Positions 40,562 through 49,605 of a stretch of DNA of 64,000 bases are shown here, piece after piece (position 1 is the first letter of the stretch; each line of letters opens with the position of its first letter). Below the pieces are notes generated by a model. It was not told the origin of the DNA and made no database searches. It saw only the letters and a program-made list of their open reading frames with translations. Position numbers and translations under genes: made by a program. This DNA is from Calditrichaceae bacterium (lineage in GTDB: Bacteria; Calditrichota; Calditrichia; Calditrichales; JBFXGD01). The stretch spans positions 1,102-65,101 of the forward strand of contig JBFXLE010000022.1 of assembly GCA_050173015.1 (NCBI GenBank), written 5' to 3'.

Positions 40562-41254
40562 TTATTCCTTGAATTTGTAACCAACACCTCTTACCGTCTC
40601 AATGTAATCGCCGAATTTACCCAACTTTTTTCTCAAACCAACGACCTGCACATCAATCGCTCTCTCCGTAACGGGATAATCTTCTCCTCTGAGCGCGTCA
40701 ACAATCTGGTAGCGGGTAAATACCCACCCGGGGCGACCAGCCAGAAACTGCAGCAGCCGGAATTCACTGTAAGTTAAATCCAGCGATTCTCCATTCAGAA
40801 TGACTTCGTGTCTGCCGGGGTGGATAATAATGTCATGAATCTGAAGCACATCGTCTTCATTGGTCAGTTTTTGATTTTTTCGGCGTAAAATAGCTTTAAT
40901 GCGGGCGGTCAGAACCTTCGAGCTAAACGGTTTGATCACATAATCATCCGCGCCCAACTCCAGCCCTTTTACTATATCCGCCTCATCGCCTTTGGCAGTA
41001 AGCATGATGATCGGAATTTCAGTCTGTGCCTGGTTTTGTTTTATCACCCTGCAGACATCCAATCCATCCATCCCCGGTAGCATGATGTCCAGCAGGATTA
41101 AATCCGGATGCTTATGTTTGAGGGCTTTTACGATTTCTTCACCGTTTGTAAAGCGGGTGATTTTGTAGCCTTCTTTAGAAAGAAAGTACTCGATAAGATC
41201 AAGAATATCCTCTTCATCATCAACCGCGTAAATTTTTTCACCGGCCATATTCAC
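40562..41254 (-). CDS. OmpR/PhoB-family response regulator
   Basis: Receiver (AVDDEEDIL, LILLDIMLPGMDG, LTAKG) plus a winged-helix output domain (LTYSEFRLLQFLAGRPGWVFTRYQI, VDVQVVGLRKKL, ETVRGVGYKF). It lies 3 nt upstream of the kinase. Confidence 0.9.
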   Translation of the reverse strand: MNMAGEKIYAVDDEEDILDLIEYFLSKEGYKITRFTNGEEIVKALKHKHPDLILLDIMLPGMDGLDVCRVIKQNQAQTEIPIIMLTAKGDEADIVKGLELGADDYVIKPFSSKVLTARIKAILRRKNQKLTNEDDVLQIHDIIIHPGRHEVILNGESLDLTYSEFRLLQFLAGRPGWVFTRYQIVDALRGEDYPVTERAIDVQVVGLRKKLGKFGDYIETVRGVGYKFKE

Positions 41255-41423
41255 TCCATAATTCTTACTTTTATCATAAATACGAATTTCAATATGAGCA
41301 AGAATTATTAAAATTATGTTAGAATCTGATTAATTACTGATGTGATTTCATTTTTCAGTCAATCAAATTTAATCGATATTTCACGTTTTGGAATCATTGT
41401 TTAAACATGAAATGCGGGCGGTT

Positions 41424-42203
41424 TCACCGTTTTTTCTTTTTTGGCTTCTGGCGAATATAGATTGTCTGATGCCTGGCGTCACCATCGCTGATTTTCGTAT
41501 CAATTTCAAACAGATCGATGGCGCGGATGAGTTCTCCCAATTTCTTATATCCATAGTTTCTGGCGTCAAAAGAAGGATATTGATTTGAAATCTGCTGTCC
41601 GACGGCGCCAAGATGAGCCCATCCCGCTTCATCGGCAACCGCATCAACGGCGACTCTCAGTAAGTTGACAAGACTGGTATCACCTTTTAGATTTTTTGAT
41701 TCCTTTGGTTTCTTCTCTGCCGCGTCACTTCCGGCAGATATTCCATGTTCTTCATCTTCCGTCCTCAAAATTTCAGTATAAATAAACTTGTCGCACGCGC
41801 TGACAAATGAATTTGGCGTCTTCTTTTCTCCAAACCCGTAAACCGTTGTGCCGGTCTCTCTCACTCTGGTCGCAAGACGGGTAAAATCACTGTCACTGGA
41901 AATGATACAGAATCCGTCAAATCTGCTCGTATAGAGTAAATCCATCGCGTCAATGATCATCGCGCTGTCAGTGGCGTTTTTACCTACCGTATATCTGAAC
42001 TGTTGGATCGGATGAATCGCGTGCATCAACAATACTTCTTTCCAGCCGCGCAAATTTGGAGATGTCCAGTCACCATAAATTCTTTTTACGCTGGCAACTC
42101 CAAATTTCGCTATCTCCGCGAACAGAGGCTCAACAATGGCCGGTGAAGTATTGTCAGCGTCGATTAAGACCGCCAGCGTTTTTTGTCTGTCATTATTTTT
42201 CAT
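41424..42203 (-). CDS. NYN (LabA-like, PIN-fold) domain protein with C-terminal OST-HTH/LOTUS domain
   Basis: LAVLIDADN, RIYGDW, KNATDSAMIIDAMD and IISSDSDFTRLA match the NYN acidic motifs. The C-terminal WAHLGAVGQQISNQYPSFDARNYGYKKLGELI resembles OST-HTH. The start at 42203 has GGAG 6 nt upstream. Confidence 0.75.
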   Translation of the reverse strand: MKNNDRQKTLAVLIDADNTSPAIVEPLFAEIAKFGVASVKRIYGDWTSPNLRGWKEVLLMHAIHPIQQFRYTVGKNATDSAMIIDAMDLLYTSRFDGFCIISSDSDFTRLATRVRETGTTVYGFGEKKTPNSFVSACDKFIYTEILRTEDEEHGISAGSDAAEKKPKESKNLKGDTSLVNLLRVAVDAVADEAGWAHLGAVGQQISNQYPSFDARNYGYKKLGELIRAIDLFEIDTKISDGDARHQTIYIRQKPKKKKR

Positions 42204-42223
42204 TTTTATCTCCACGTTCCGGT

Positions 42224-43624
42224 TTAATAAATCCATTCACCCTGCCTCTCCAACCGATCATACAGATCAAATTTTATCAGCATATTTGCTGTTTCGGTAT
42301 CCGTTAAACGTTTCAGCGGGATTTCCGAATCATTTGCCAACTCTTTTACTAAAATGGAAACGACGGCGGCAGCGTCTGATAAATATTTTTTATTCACTTT
42401 ATCAAACGAGTCACCATGGGAATGATAATATTTAACCATCGATTCATCAAGATGCGCCTGCAGACCGATAACGGGGATACCCTTTAGCAGAAAGGGCATA
42501 TGATCGCTGTTGGTCCAGGGTCTGCTGATCACACCGTTTTTTAGTTCGAAACCATTCAATTTGTCTTTCAGTGATTGAAGGAATGGAAGTAAATAATCGA
42601 ATCCCATCGCGTTGAATCCTGTCGGGGTTCCCGTCATATCCATATTGATCATCGCGACCACAGGATCATCATGATGGATACCGGCATAATTTTTTGCTCC
42701 CCAAAGTCCAAGTTCTTCGCCATTAAACCAGACAAATTCTATCGTGTAATAATTATCCGGTGAATATTTTTTAAGTATCCTTGCCACATCAAATAATATT
42801 GCCGTACCAAGGCCGTTATCGATTCCTCCCTGGGAGAGATCCCAGCTGTCCAAATGTGCCCCTACAACTATCTTATCTTTGACCTTACCGGGAATGGTGA
42901 CAGTCAGGTTTGACGTTTCAATTTCCTTGCAAAAGGACCGCGTGTCAATCCGGATCGTGACCGGAATATTCTTCTCCAAAAGTCTCGCAAGCCTTTTTCC
43001 CTCTTCAAATGTCAGGCTGTACGCGGGAACAGCGGTTGGTGTTCCCTGAAAATTTCCCGTGCCCGCCAGGTTCAGCCCGCCAGGTTTTCTGTTGATAAAA
43101 AGAACCGCTTTCGCCCCATATTTTCCAGCCAATTCAATAATTTCTGATCTCATCAGCTCTTTACCCAGAGGCGGTTTTTCGGAACTGACCAGTACAATCC
43201 GGTTTTTGACTGTCAAATTCCGGAAGGTTTCTTCAGAACCGTAACCGGCGTAAACAACCCGGGATTCAAATACAGGGACCCTATCCACATACCCAAGAGC
43301 CGCGGCCTGCAATTTCAGATTAACCGGCTCTTTAATCTGGACAACATCATTCCCCCGAACCCATCCCGGCATTTGAAATTTTTCCAGATTGACCCTGAAG
43401 CCAATACTCTCCAATTCAGCTTTTAGAATGCTGATCGCCTTTTCATTTTGTTCGCTTCCCGCCGGTCTGCCGCCGGCCTCGTCACATATCCTTTCCAAAA
43501 CCCCGTATGATTGATTATCCAGATAGGCTGAACCTATCATGGAATACCGTGTATCATTTTCAGTGCCGTAGGAAACTCCAGCCAAACTGACTAAAACAAC
43601 TATCATCCATTTAACCGGCCGCAT
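42224..43624 (-). CDS. M28-family aminopeptidase with PA domain (secreted)
   Basis: Signal peptide. Metal-ligand pattern VGAHLDSW, GGIDNGLG, FNGEELGLWGA, NMDM and SDHMPF. Confidence 0.8.
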   Translation of the reverse strand: MRPVKWMIVVLVSLAGVSYGTENDTRYSMIGSAYLDNQSYGVLERICDEAGGRPAGSEQNEKAISILKAELESIGFRVNLEKFQMPGWVRGNDVVQIKEPVNLKLQAAALGYVDRVPVFESRVVYAGYGSEETFRNLTVKNRIVLVSSEKPPLGKELMRSEIIELAGKYGAKAVLFINRKPGGLNLAGTGNFQGTPTAVPAYSLTFEEGKRLARLLEKNIPVTIRIDTRSFCKEIETSNLTVTIPGKVKDKIVVGAHLDSWDLSQGGIDNGLGTAILFDVARILKKYSPDNYYTIEFVWFNGEELGLWGAKNYAGIHHDDPVVAMINMDMTGTPTGFNAMGFDYLLPFLQSLKDKLNGFELKNGVISRPWTNSDHMPFLLKGIPVIGLQAHLDESMVKYYHSHGDSFDKVNKKYLSDAAAVVSILVKELANDSEIPLKRLTDTETANMLIKFDLYDRLERQGEWIY

Positions 43625-43738
43625 TTTATCTCTCCGGATCTTGTAACATTCTTTATCTGGTAATCTATTAACAAAATCACGCGATTAAAAATGAATCTTT
43701 AAATTATCGCTCTGAAGTTTACACCCCATCAATCTATT

Positions 43739-43773
43739 AAAAAAAAAATCCCGCCCTTATTGAGGAGCGGGAT
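43739..43773 (-). terminator. Rho-independent terminator
   Basis: The minus strand reads ATCCCGCTCCTCAATAAGGGCGGGAT (7-bp stem) followed by ten T. It lies 29 nt after the stop at 43802. Confidence 0.6.
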
Positions 43774-43801
43774 GAAAAATTATCGAACCAATCCGATGGA
43801 C

Positions 43802-44005
43802 TTAATAGTCAACTTCATGATCGGGGAAATTGCTGTCCGCCCTAGCATCCGCTTCATCTATATTAAGCTCGAGATGTCCGCCGCTATTTGTCGCGCTGGT
43901 AATTTCATAGATCTCCGTTGTTCCTTCAAGCCCTATCAAAGTGACGAATACTTCCGCCTGTTCATCAAAATCTTCAAGATATTCGCGTAATTGGTATACT
44001 TTCAT
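43802..44005 (-). CDS. Small acidic hypothetical protein (67 aa)
   Basis: The ATG at 44005 is preceded by a GGGGG run (CCGGGGGTTACAATG), and a strong terminator follows. No recognisable motif. The ORF-track version (to 44164) adds an implausible N-terminus. Confidence 0.35.
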   Translation of the reverse strand: MKVYQLREYLEDFDEQAEVFVTLIGLEGTTEIYEITSATNSGGHLELNIDEADARADSNFPDHEVDY

Positions 44006-44217
44006 TGTAACCCCCGGAATTAGGTTAATGTGATTCAAAATTTTGTTAACAATCAAAGGATTTTTTCTATTCCGTGTTTTTTGTTCGGGTTCCGAATTTT
44101 GCCTGGTCATTTCACCGGGCAAAGAATTCTGAACGTTGAAAAGTCCCTTGTTCCCGTCTTTCAACTAATTTATAATCAGGATATTGCTGTTTTGTTTACA
44201 ATACCAAAACCTGCAAT

Positions 44218-44248
44218 AAAAAAACCGACCCGTGATTTGAAGGTCGGC
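44218..44248 (-). terminator. Rho-independent terminator after the tol-pal cluster
   Basis: The minus strand reads CCGACCTTCAAATCACGGGTCGG followed by seven T. It lies 45 nt after the ybgF stop. Confidence 0.55.
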
Positions 44249-44292
44249 TTATTTCCTGAGTCCCGCAAGTATAATAAAATTATATATAAAAA

Positions 44293-45057
44293 TCAATTTT
44301 TGATATTTGATGCAGCCAGCCTGGCTTCTTCAGAGTTCGGGAATCTCTGGATTACCAGCTTTAAATACTTTTGCGAACCCGCCGAATCACCCATTTTTTG
44401 ATAACAGTACCCTGCTTTTAATAACGCGGCGGCCTGTTTATTTCCCTCGGGATAATTATTCACGACCCGTTCAAACTCTCTTAATGCAGATTGATACTCA
44501 CCCTGCGCGTAAAAAGTTTCGCCTATCCAATACTGTGCATTGGATGCCAGATCGCTGTGCGGAAATTTTGACAGATATTGCTGAAATCCCTGTAGAGCCA
44601 GCAAATAATTTCCCCGGGTAAGATCCAGATACGACACATCGTAAAGTTCTTTCGGGGATCCTTCGCCGGCGCCTCTTACCGGGTTGTCACCATCAGCATT
44701 GGTTTGCGGTTCGCTTAAGGGAACCCGGGCGGCTTGAACACCAGTAAATCTTGACATCTGATAGATATGGTCATCAAGTTTACTGTCAATATAACCTGTT
44801 TGTTCTTTTAGTACCGATAATTCGGAAATTAAATCCGCCTTAATTTGGCGAGTGTCATTTTCAAGCGCTGTCACAAGTTTAAGTTGTGACTGAAGCATTT
44901 TTTTCATTTCTCTGTTCTCACTCACCAGAAGTTCTACCTGATTACGCAAATAGTCCGTATCATCCTGAAACCTGACAATTTCTTTTCTGCTGGCGCATCC
45001 GGACAGAACGTATAATGAAGTTAAAAGTATTATTACACTGATCAATTTATGTTTCAT
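44293..45057 (-). CDS. cpoB: Tol-Pal system protein YbgF/CpoB (coiled coil plus TPR lipoprotein)
   Basis: Lipobox VLSGC and an N-terminal coiled coil. C-terminal TPR pattern GNYLLALQGFQQYLSKFPHSDLASNAQYWIGETFYAQGEYQSALREF...YPEGNK. Confidence 0.85.
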   Translation of the reverse strand: MKHKLISVIILLTSLYVLSGCASRKEIVRFQDDTDYLRNQVELLVSENREMKKMLQSQLKLVTALENDTRQIKADLISELSVLKEQTGYIDSKLDDHIYQMSRFTGVQAARVPLSEPQTNADGDNPVRGAGEGSPKELYDVSYLDLTRGNYLLALQGFQQYLSKFPHSDLASNAQYWIGETFYAQGEYQSALREFERVVNNYPEGNKQAAALLKAGYCYQKMGDSAGSQKYLKLVIQRFPNSEEARLAASNIKN

Positions 45058-45079
45058 CTTTGATATTCCATGATTTGAA

Positions 45080-45105
45080 ATCTCCGGGCATCAATACCCG
45101 GAGAT
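45080..45105 (-). other. Intercistronic 9-bp stem-loop between pal and cpoB
   Basis: ATCTCCGGG-N8-CCCGGAGAT perfect inverted repeat. On the minus strand it is followed only by TTTCAAAT, so it is more likely a processing or attenuation signal than a full terminator. Confidence 0.35.
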
Positions 45106-45121
45106 TATCAGGATTATTGTT

Positions 45122-45643
45122 TTATTTACTTATCACGAACGCTGAACGGCGATTTTTTGCCCAGAAATTTTCTCCGGCCCCTATGGCAGCCGGACGTTCT
45201 TTTCCGTAACTGATTGTTGATAATCTGTTTCCTTCCACACCGGAATTAACCAGATATTTTTTAACCGCGTCGGCCCGTTTTTCACCCAACGCGAGGTTGT
45301 ATTCAATCGTGCCGCGTTCATCACAATGACCTTCGATAAGAAGCTTAACTTTGGGATTTTCTTTTAAACTACGCGCGTACTCCGCCAGTGTCTGGCGCGC
45401 TTTGGAAGTGATATCATATTTATCATAATCAAAATAGATCTCCATAAAACGCAACTCAACCTTAGTCTTTGTATTTTCCTCAGATTCTGTTTCCACGACT
45501 TCTACTGGTTTTTCCACCTCCACAGGAGTCTCAACAACCGGTTTTACCGGCGGTGTGATTTTAGCCGCGGATTTGTTACACCCGCTCAAAATAATCAGAA
45601 AAGCGAACATGGTAACGACACTCAAAATAATTTTGACTCTCAT
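45122..45643 (-). CDS. pal: Peptidoglycan-associated lipoprotein Pal (OmpA_C family)
   Basis: Lipobox LSGC and a Pro/Val/Glu-rich linker. OmpA-like domain: FDYDKYDI, EGHCDERGTIEYNLALGEKRA and RRSAFVI. Confidence 0.9.
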   Translation of the reverse strand: MRVKIILSVVTMFAFLIILSGCNKSAAKITPPVKPVVETPVEVEKPVEVVETESEENTKTKVELRFMEIYFDYDKYDITSKARQTLAEYARSLKENPKVKLLIEGHCDERGTIEYNLALGEKRADAVKKYLVNSGVEGNRLSTISYGKERPAAIGAGENFWAKNRRSAFVISK

Positions 45644-45667
45644 GGTAATTTTCCTCCGATTTAAAGT

Positions 45668-46237
45668 TTACCTGTTGATAATATTATCCATTTGTACAGC
45701 CACCTGACTGAAATTTTTATAGGCGTCATTTGATGTTTTTTTCAGTTCCTTTTCCAATGCCTCAATTTGCATATTCAGGTTTCTGATTTCCTTTAGATCC
45801 TGACCGCTTAGTTTTGTCTTTGCGATGAATAGCTGAGCCCTGCATTTTTTTAATTCATTTTCCGCTTCAGTGAATTCATTCCGGGTTGTGAAGTTGAACG
45901 CTGCCGAAAGATGTCCCTTGGAGTTGATCAGCGGTATAAAATAATACTCAATTTTATCAATTTTATGTTTGATAAGTTCGATTTCCTCCTTTGCTTTTAT
46001 GTTTTTCCCTCTCTCCTGATACCGCTCTGCTGCTTCAGCGTGCTTTTTTAATTCATCAATATGTGATATGAGTGAATAAATGGTTGATTCGTTCAAAGCC
46101 GTGTTCCAGGGATTAACTTTTTTATTTTCATCACATTTCCAAAGAATAGCTAAACTTAAAAATATGACAAACATTTTTTCTTTTGACAAAATCTTCACTT
46201 TGCCCCCGGATTTATTCTGTGTCCTCCGAAAATTCAT
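45668..46237 (-). CDS. Hypothetical coiled-coil protein inserted between tolB and pal
   Basis: Basic N-region then a hydrophobic segment (MFVIFLSLAILW). The remainder is K/E-rich helical sequence. The start is ambiguous (ATG at 46237 or 46174). The ORF-track start at 46300 would overlap tolB. Confidence 0.4.
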   Translation of the reverse strand: MNFRRTQNKSGGKVKILSKEKMFVIFLSLAILWKCDENKKVNPWNTALNESTIYSLISHIDELKKHAEAAERYQERGKNIKAKEEIELIKHKIDKIEYYFIPLINSKGHLSAAFNFTTRNEFTEAENELKKCRAQLFIAKTKLSGQDLKEIRNLNMQIEALEKELKKTSNDAYKNFSQVAVQMDNIINR

Positions 46238-46259
46238 TCGGTGTTTTACCGGAATTCTG

Positions 46260-47525
46260 CTAATCGTAATTAAGTCTTGGCGACCACCGCGGTGAGGCAT
46301 TATTTCCTCCTGATGTTACCGCGCGCATATTGGAACCATCCCAGTTCACCATGTAAATATCCCATCTCATCCCGCTCCCCATAGCAAATGCTAATTTTAA
46401 TCCGTCGGGTGACCAGACCGGATTTTCATGATTCCCCGAACCGACGGTTATTCGCCTTAATTGTGAACCGTTTATATCTATTGTATATATCTGAAATCCG
46501 CCATCCTCACGACTTACAAACGCGATAAAATCACCTCTGGGTGACCAGCAGGCCGAATCATTGTATTTACCTTCGAATGTCAGGCGCCGCACGTTTCCAC
46601 CCATGGCATCCATCAAATAAATTTGCGGATTTCCGCTGCGGTCTGATGTAAAAGCAATTTCCCGGCCGTTTGGCGCCCATGTGGGCGAGGAGTCAATCGC
46701 GGGGTGATTTGTCAGCCGGCGCAGACTACCGTCTTTGACATCAAGGGAATATATTTCAGCATTGCCGTTCTGAGTGATAGTCAAAGCGATTTTTTTACCA
46801 TCCGGTGACCAGGCGGGAGCGCTGTACAAACCCTGTAATTTTGACATCCTGTACAATTTTCCATCACCGATATTCTGGATCAGGAGTTCAGGCCGCCCCG
46901 ACATGTAGCTTGTATATGCAATCTGTTTGCCATCCGGTGACCATGCGGGGGACAGATTTAGAGAATTATTATGTGTAAGTTGTGAAACGCCGTGCCCGTC
47001 AAAATCAATGATGGCTATTTCCTTGGCCTGACCCTTCGCCACGGTAAAAACGATTTTGGAATTCGCGATTCCTTTTTCGCCGACAAGATAATACACGATT
47101 TCATCGGCCACTTTATGTGCAAGCAATCTCGCATCCGAAAGATCCGCCTCAAATTTCTTGTCAAAAATCTGTCTGGTCCCCGGTAACTCCACCAGTCTGG
47201 AGGAAAATTTCAGGTTGTCCTTCTTAATCTCCAGACTTCCTGACAATCCTGCCCTGGCCGATGAGTTGGATATTTTTAGGGAATCGGTCGGATTAACCAG
47301 ATCAACCACGATAAAGAATCCGGACAGATTTAAATCATTAATTAATATCTCGCGAAACGAGTTTCCGTTTTCTGAACCAAATTCAGAGATGAAGAGTACA
47401 ATCGGGTCAAACCCTTCTTTTTGCACCTTTAAACGGACTTCATTTTGCGCGGAGATTTCGGTCATAAACAAACCCGCCCAAAATAGAATCATTATGATTT
47501 GAAATTTATTTATCAGATTTACCAT
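46260..47525 (-). CDS. tolB: Tol-Pal system beta-propeller protein TolB
   Basis: Signal peptide and a TolB_N-like region. Repeated PD40 blades (SPAWSPDGKQIAYTS, APAWSPDGKKIALT, SPTWAPNGREIAFTSDRSGNPQIY, CWSPRGDFIAFVS, PVWSPDGLKLAF). Confidence 0.9.
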   Translation of the reverse strand: MVNLINKFQIIMILFWAGLFMTEISAQNEVRLKVQKEGFDPIVLFISEFGSENGNSFREILINDLNLSGFFIVVDLVNPTDSLKISNSSARAGLSGSLEIKKDNLKFSSRLVELPGTRQIFDKKFEADLSDARLLAHKVADEIVYYLVGEKGIANSKIVFTVAKGQAKEIAIIDFDGHGVSQLTHNNSLNLSPAWSPDGKQIAYTSYMSGRPELLIQNIGDGKLYRMSKLQGLYSAPAWSPDGKKIALTITQNGNAEIYSLDVKDGSLRRLTNHPAIDSSPTWAPNGREIAFTSDRSGNPQIYLMDAMGGNVRRLTFEGKYNDSACWSPRGDFIAFVSREDGGFQIYTIDINGSQLRRITVGSGNHENPVWSPDGLKLAFAMGSGMRWDIYMVNWDGSNMRAVTSGGNNASPRWSPRLNYD

Positions 47526-48124
47526 ATCGCCTCAAAATCTATGTGAACCAGCAACTGATCGCCGCGAAACTCTTCCGGAAGCGGAGGCAGCGGAACTACG
47601 GCATACACAGCCCGCTTCGCGGCCTGATCATACATGAATCTTCCCGAAGTATTTTCGATATTTACATTTTCTATATTTCCGTTTCTTAATACCCTGAATC
47701 CCACAACAGCATGTAATTTGTCTTCATTCTCACCGGCCTGAACAGGCGGCTTCCAATTTTCCTGCAACCGGTATTGAATCAGATTCAGATAGTAATTAAA
47801 TGGAAAATCCTTTGTGTTTACTTTTACAGGAGAATTTTCCCGGCTTGCGGATGCCTGATTTGATTCCGTCTTTGTCTTTTTAACCTTCTCTTTTTTATCG
47901 ATATTTACCTGCTGCTCCTGCTTTACTTCGCGTCTGTTTAATTCAGCAGCGGTATTGTTCTTTGGAGATGTCTTATCTTTGACCGTTATTTCCTCCGGAC
48001 TGAACAATTGAACGGCATAAACAGGGGTAAAATCCGGGAATATATATGATTTCGCGCTCAGCAAAATCAAACCTGACACCATGACCAAATGTATTAGCAT
48101 TGACAATAATAGTGAGCGCTTCAT
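47519..48124 (-). CDS. TonB/TolA-type energy transducer (TonB_C-like C-terminal domain)
   Basis: N-terminal TM, a K/E/Q-rich linker, and a C-terminal ~90-aa domain ending LLVHIDFEAIW. It occupies the tolA slot between tolR and tolB. Confidence 0.65.
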   Translation of the reverse strand: MKRSLLLSMLIHLVMVSGLILLSAKSYIFPDFTPVYAVQLFSPEEITVKDKTSPKNNTAAELNRREVKQEQQVNIDKKEKVKKTKTESNQASASRENSPVKVNTKDFPFNYYLNLIQYRLQENWKPPVQAGENEDKLHAVVGFRVLRNGNIENVNIENTSGRFMYDQAAKRAVYAVVPLPPLPEEFRGDQLLVHIDFEAIW

Positions 48125-48519
48125 TTTTTCCCGCCGGATTCAACCATCAATCCCAGATTATTTATACCGGTCTTTTTAATTTCCCCCATGAGCTCGATGA
48201 CCTGACCGTAAGGAATCCTCCGGTCAGCCTTCAGCATCACCGGTTCATCGCCTCCTGAATGATACAAGTGCAGTAATCTTGACGGAAATTTATCAAGGGT
48301 TATCCGCTCTTCATCCAAATATATGACACCTTCATGGGTAAGAGTCACAACGACACTTTGTTTTATTTTCAGGTTATCGGCATCGGTTTCGGGCAGATTG
48401 ACATCAATTCCTGTTCGCATAAAGGGAGCGGTAATCATAAATATGATCAGCAAAACCATGGTGACATCTACCAGATTTGTGACATTTATTTCTGAAAGTG
48501 ACTTGAATTCAGATTTCAT
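48121..48519 (-). CDS. tolR: Biopolymer transport protein ExbD/TolR
   Basis: 132 aa. INVTNLVDVTMVLLIIFMITAPF (conserved Asp in the TM helix) and the periplasmic ExbD pattern. Confidence 0.85.
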   Translation of the reverse strand: MKSEFKSLSEINVTNLVDVTMVLLIIFMITAPFMRTGIDVNLPETDADNLKIKQSVVVTLTHEGVIYLDEERITLDKFPSRLLHLYHSGGDEPVMLKADRRIPYGQVIELMGEIKKTGINNLGLMVESGGKK

Positions 48520-49232
48520 AAAACCCGGTCCTTGTTAAGAGTTTGCAGAAGTTCGGCCGTAAATATCTCCAATTCCTGATTAATTCTGCGGATCCTGTCC
48601 ACAAAAAAGTTATACGCGATAAGCGCGGGAATGGCGACCGCCAGGCCTGCTATTGTTGTGATCAAAGCCTCGGCGATTCCGGGACCTACAGTTCCGATAT
48701 CAGCAGAACCTTTCATACCCATGCTCATAAACGCGCTCATAATTCCCCAAATCGTACCCATCAATCCTAAAAATGGGCTCACACTTACCGTCGTTGACAA
48801 AAAGATCAGATTTTTATCGAGTTCCGAAATTTCCGACGAAACAGCTGCATTAATCATTACCTGGGAAACCGCGGATTCTGTTTTCATCAAGATCGCTTCT
48901 TTTACAAGAAGCCCGTGCGCGAGATCATTGCTGTTTATCTCCCCATTGTTCTGCTGCCGGTGAGAAGCAACTTTTTTATATATTCTCGCATAAGGACTCA
49001 TTTTGAAATCGGCGGCCTGATGCATAACATCGGCCGAATTTTGATTTATTCTGAAAAATCGCAGAAAGCGTTTTGATTCATGATTGATTCTCCTAAATTG
49101 CCTGGACTTTTCAAAGATAACTCCCCAGGAAACGACCGAGAGAAACAGAAGAACAAGAAGGACAATTTTCGCTACAAATCCGATTTGTTGAAGAAACTGG
49201 ACTGCATCATTCATACAAGATCCCCAATACAA
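48516..49232 (-). CDS. tolQ: MotA/TolQ/ExbB proton channel protein
   Basis: Three TM helices. The conserved C-terminal part reads LGLMGTIWGIMSAF...GPGIAEALITTIAGLAVAIPALIAYNFF. Confidence 0.85.
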   Translation of the reverse strand: MYWGSCMNDAVQFLQQIGFVAKIVLLVLLFLSVVSWGVIFEKSRQFRRINHESKRFLRFFRINQNSADVMHQAADFKMSPYARIYKKVASHRQQNNGEINSNDLAHGLLVKEAILMKTESAVSQVMINAAVSSEISELDKNLIFLSTTVSVSPFLGLMGTIWGIMSAFMSMGMKGSADIGTVGPGIAEALITTIAGLAVAIPALIAYNFFVDRIRRINQELEIFTAELLQTLNKDRVL

Positions 49233-49233
49233 T

Positions 49234-49605
49234 TTATAAATAATGATGTTGGATATATTTTTCGATATTTGTTAACATGCTGGTAATTTCGAACGGTTTT
49301 GTGAGATAACCGTCTGCTCCCGTTTGCAAAACTTCTTTCTCGGTAAAGATGTTGGAAAAAGCGGTCATCGCCACAACCGGAATTTCCGGAAAATTTAATT
49401 TTATTCTTTTCAGCAAAGCGATTCCTTCGGCTGCCGGAATCTTCATATCCAGTATAATCAAAACAGGAGATTTTGAAATAAGTTCGTCTTCCGCCTGATC
49501 CCACCTGGAGAATGTACATATATCATAATTCTTTTTTTTGAGCAGCTTCTTAAATGCCAGCAAAATTGCCGGATCGTCATCAATGATAATTATTAAATTT
49601 TTCAT
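49234..49605 (-). CDS. Stand-alone CheY-like response regulator receiver
   Basis: IIIIDDDPAI, VLIILDMKIPAAEG, VVAMTAFS and YLTKPF match the receiver acidic pocket, phospho-Asp, Thr and Lys positions. There is no output domain. Confidence 0.8.
   Translation of the reverse strand: MKNLIIIIDDDPAILLAFKKLLKKKNYDICTFSRWDQAEDELISKSPVLIILDMKIPAAEGIALLKRIKLNFPEIPVVAMTAFSNIFTEKEVLQTGADGYLTKPFEITSMLTNIEKYIQHHYL

Noticed and set aside
49211-49519. 102-aa ORF overlapping the CheY-like receiver gene, and the 88-aa ORF at 41381-41647 overlapping the NYN gene
   Set aside because: They are alternative frames of well-supported genes on the same strand, with no motifs and no plausible ribosome-binding sites.
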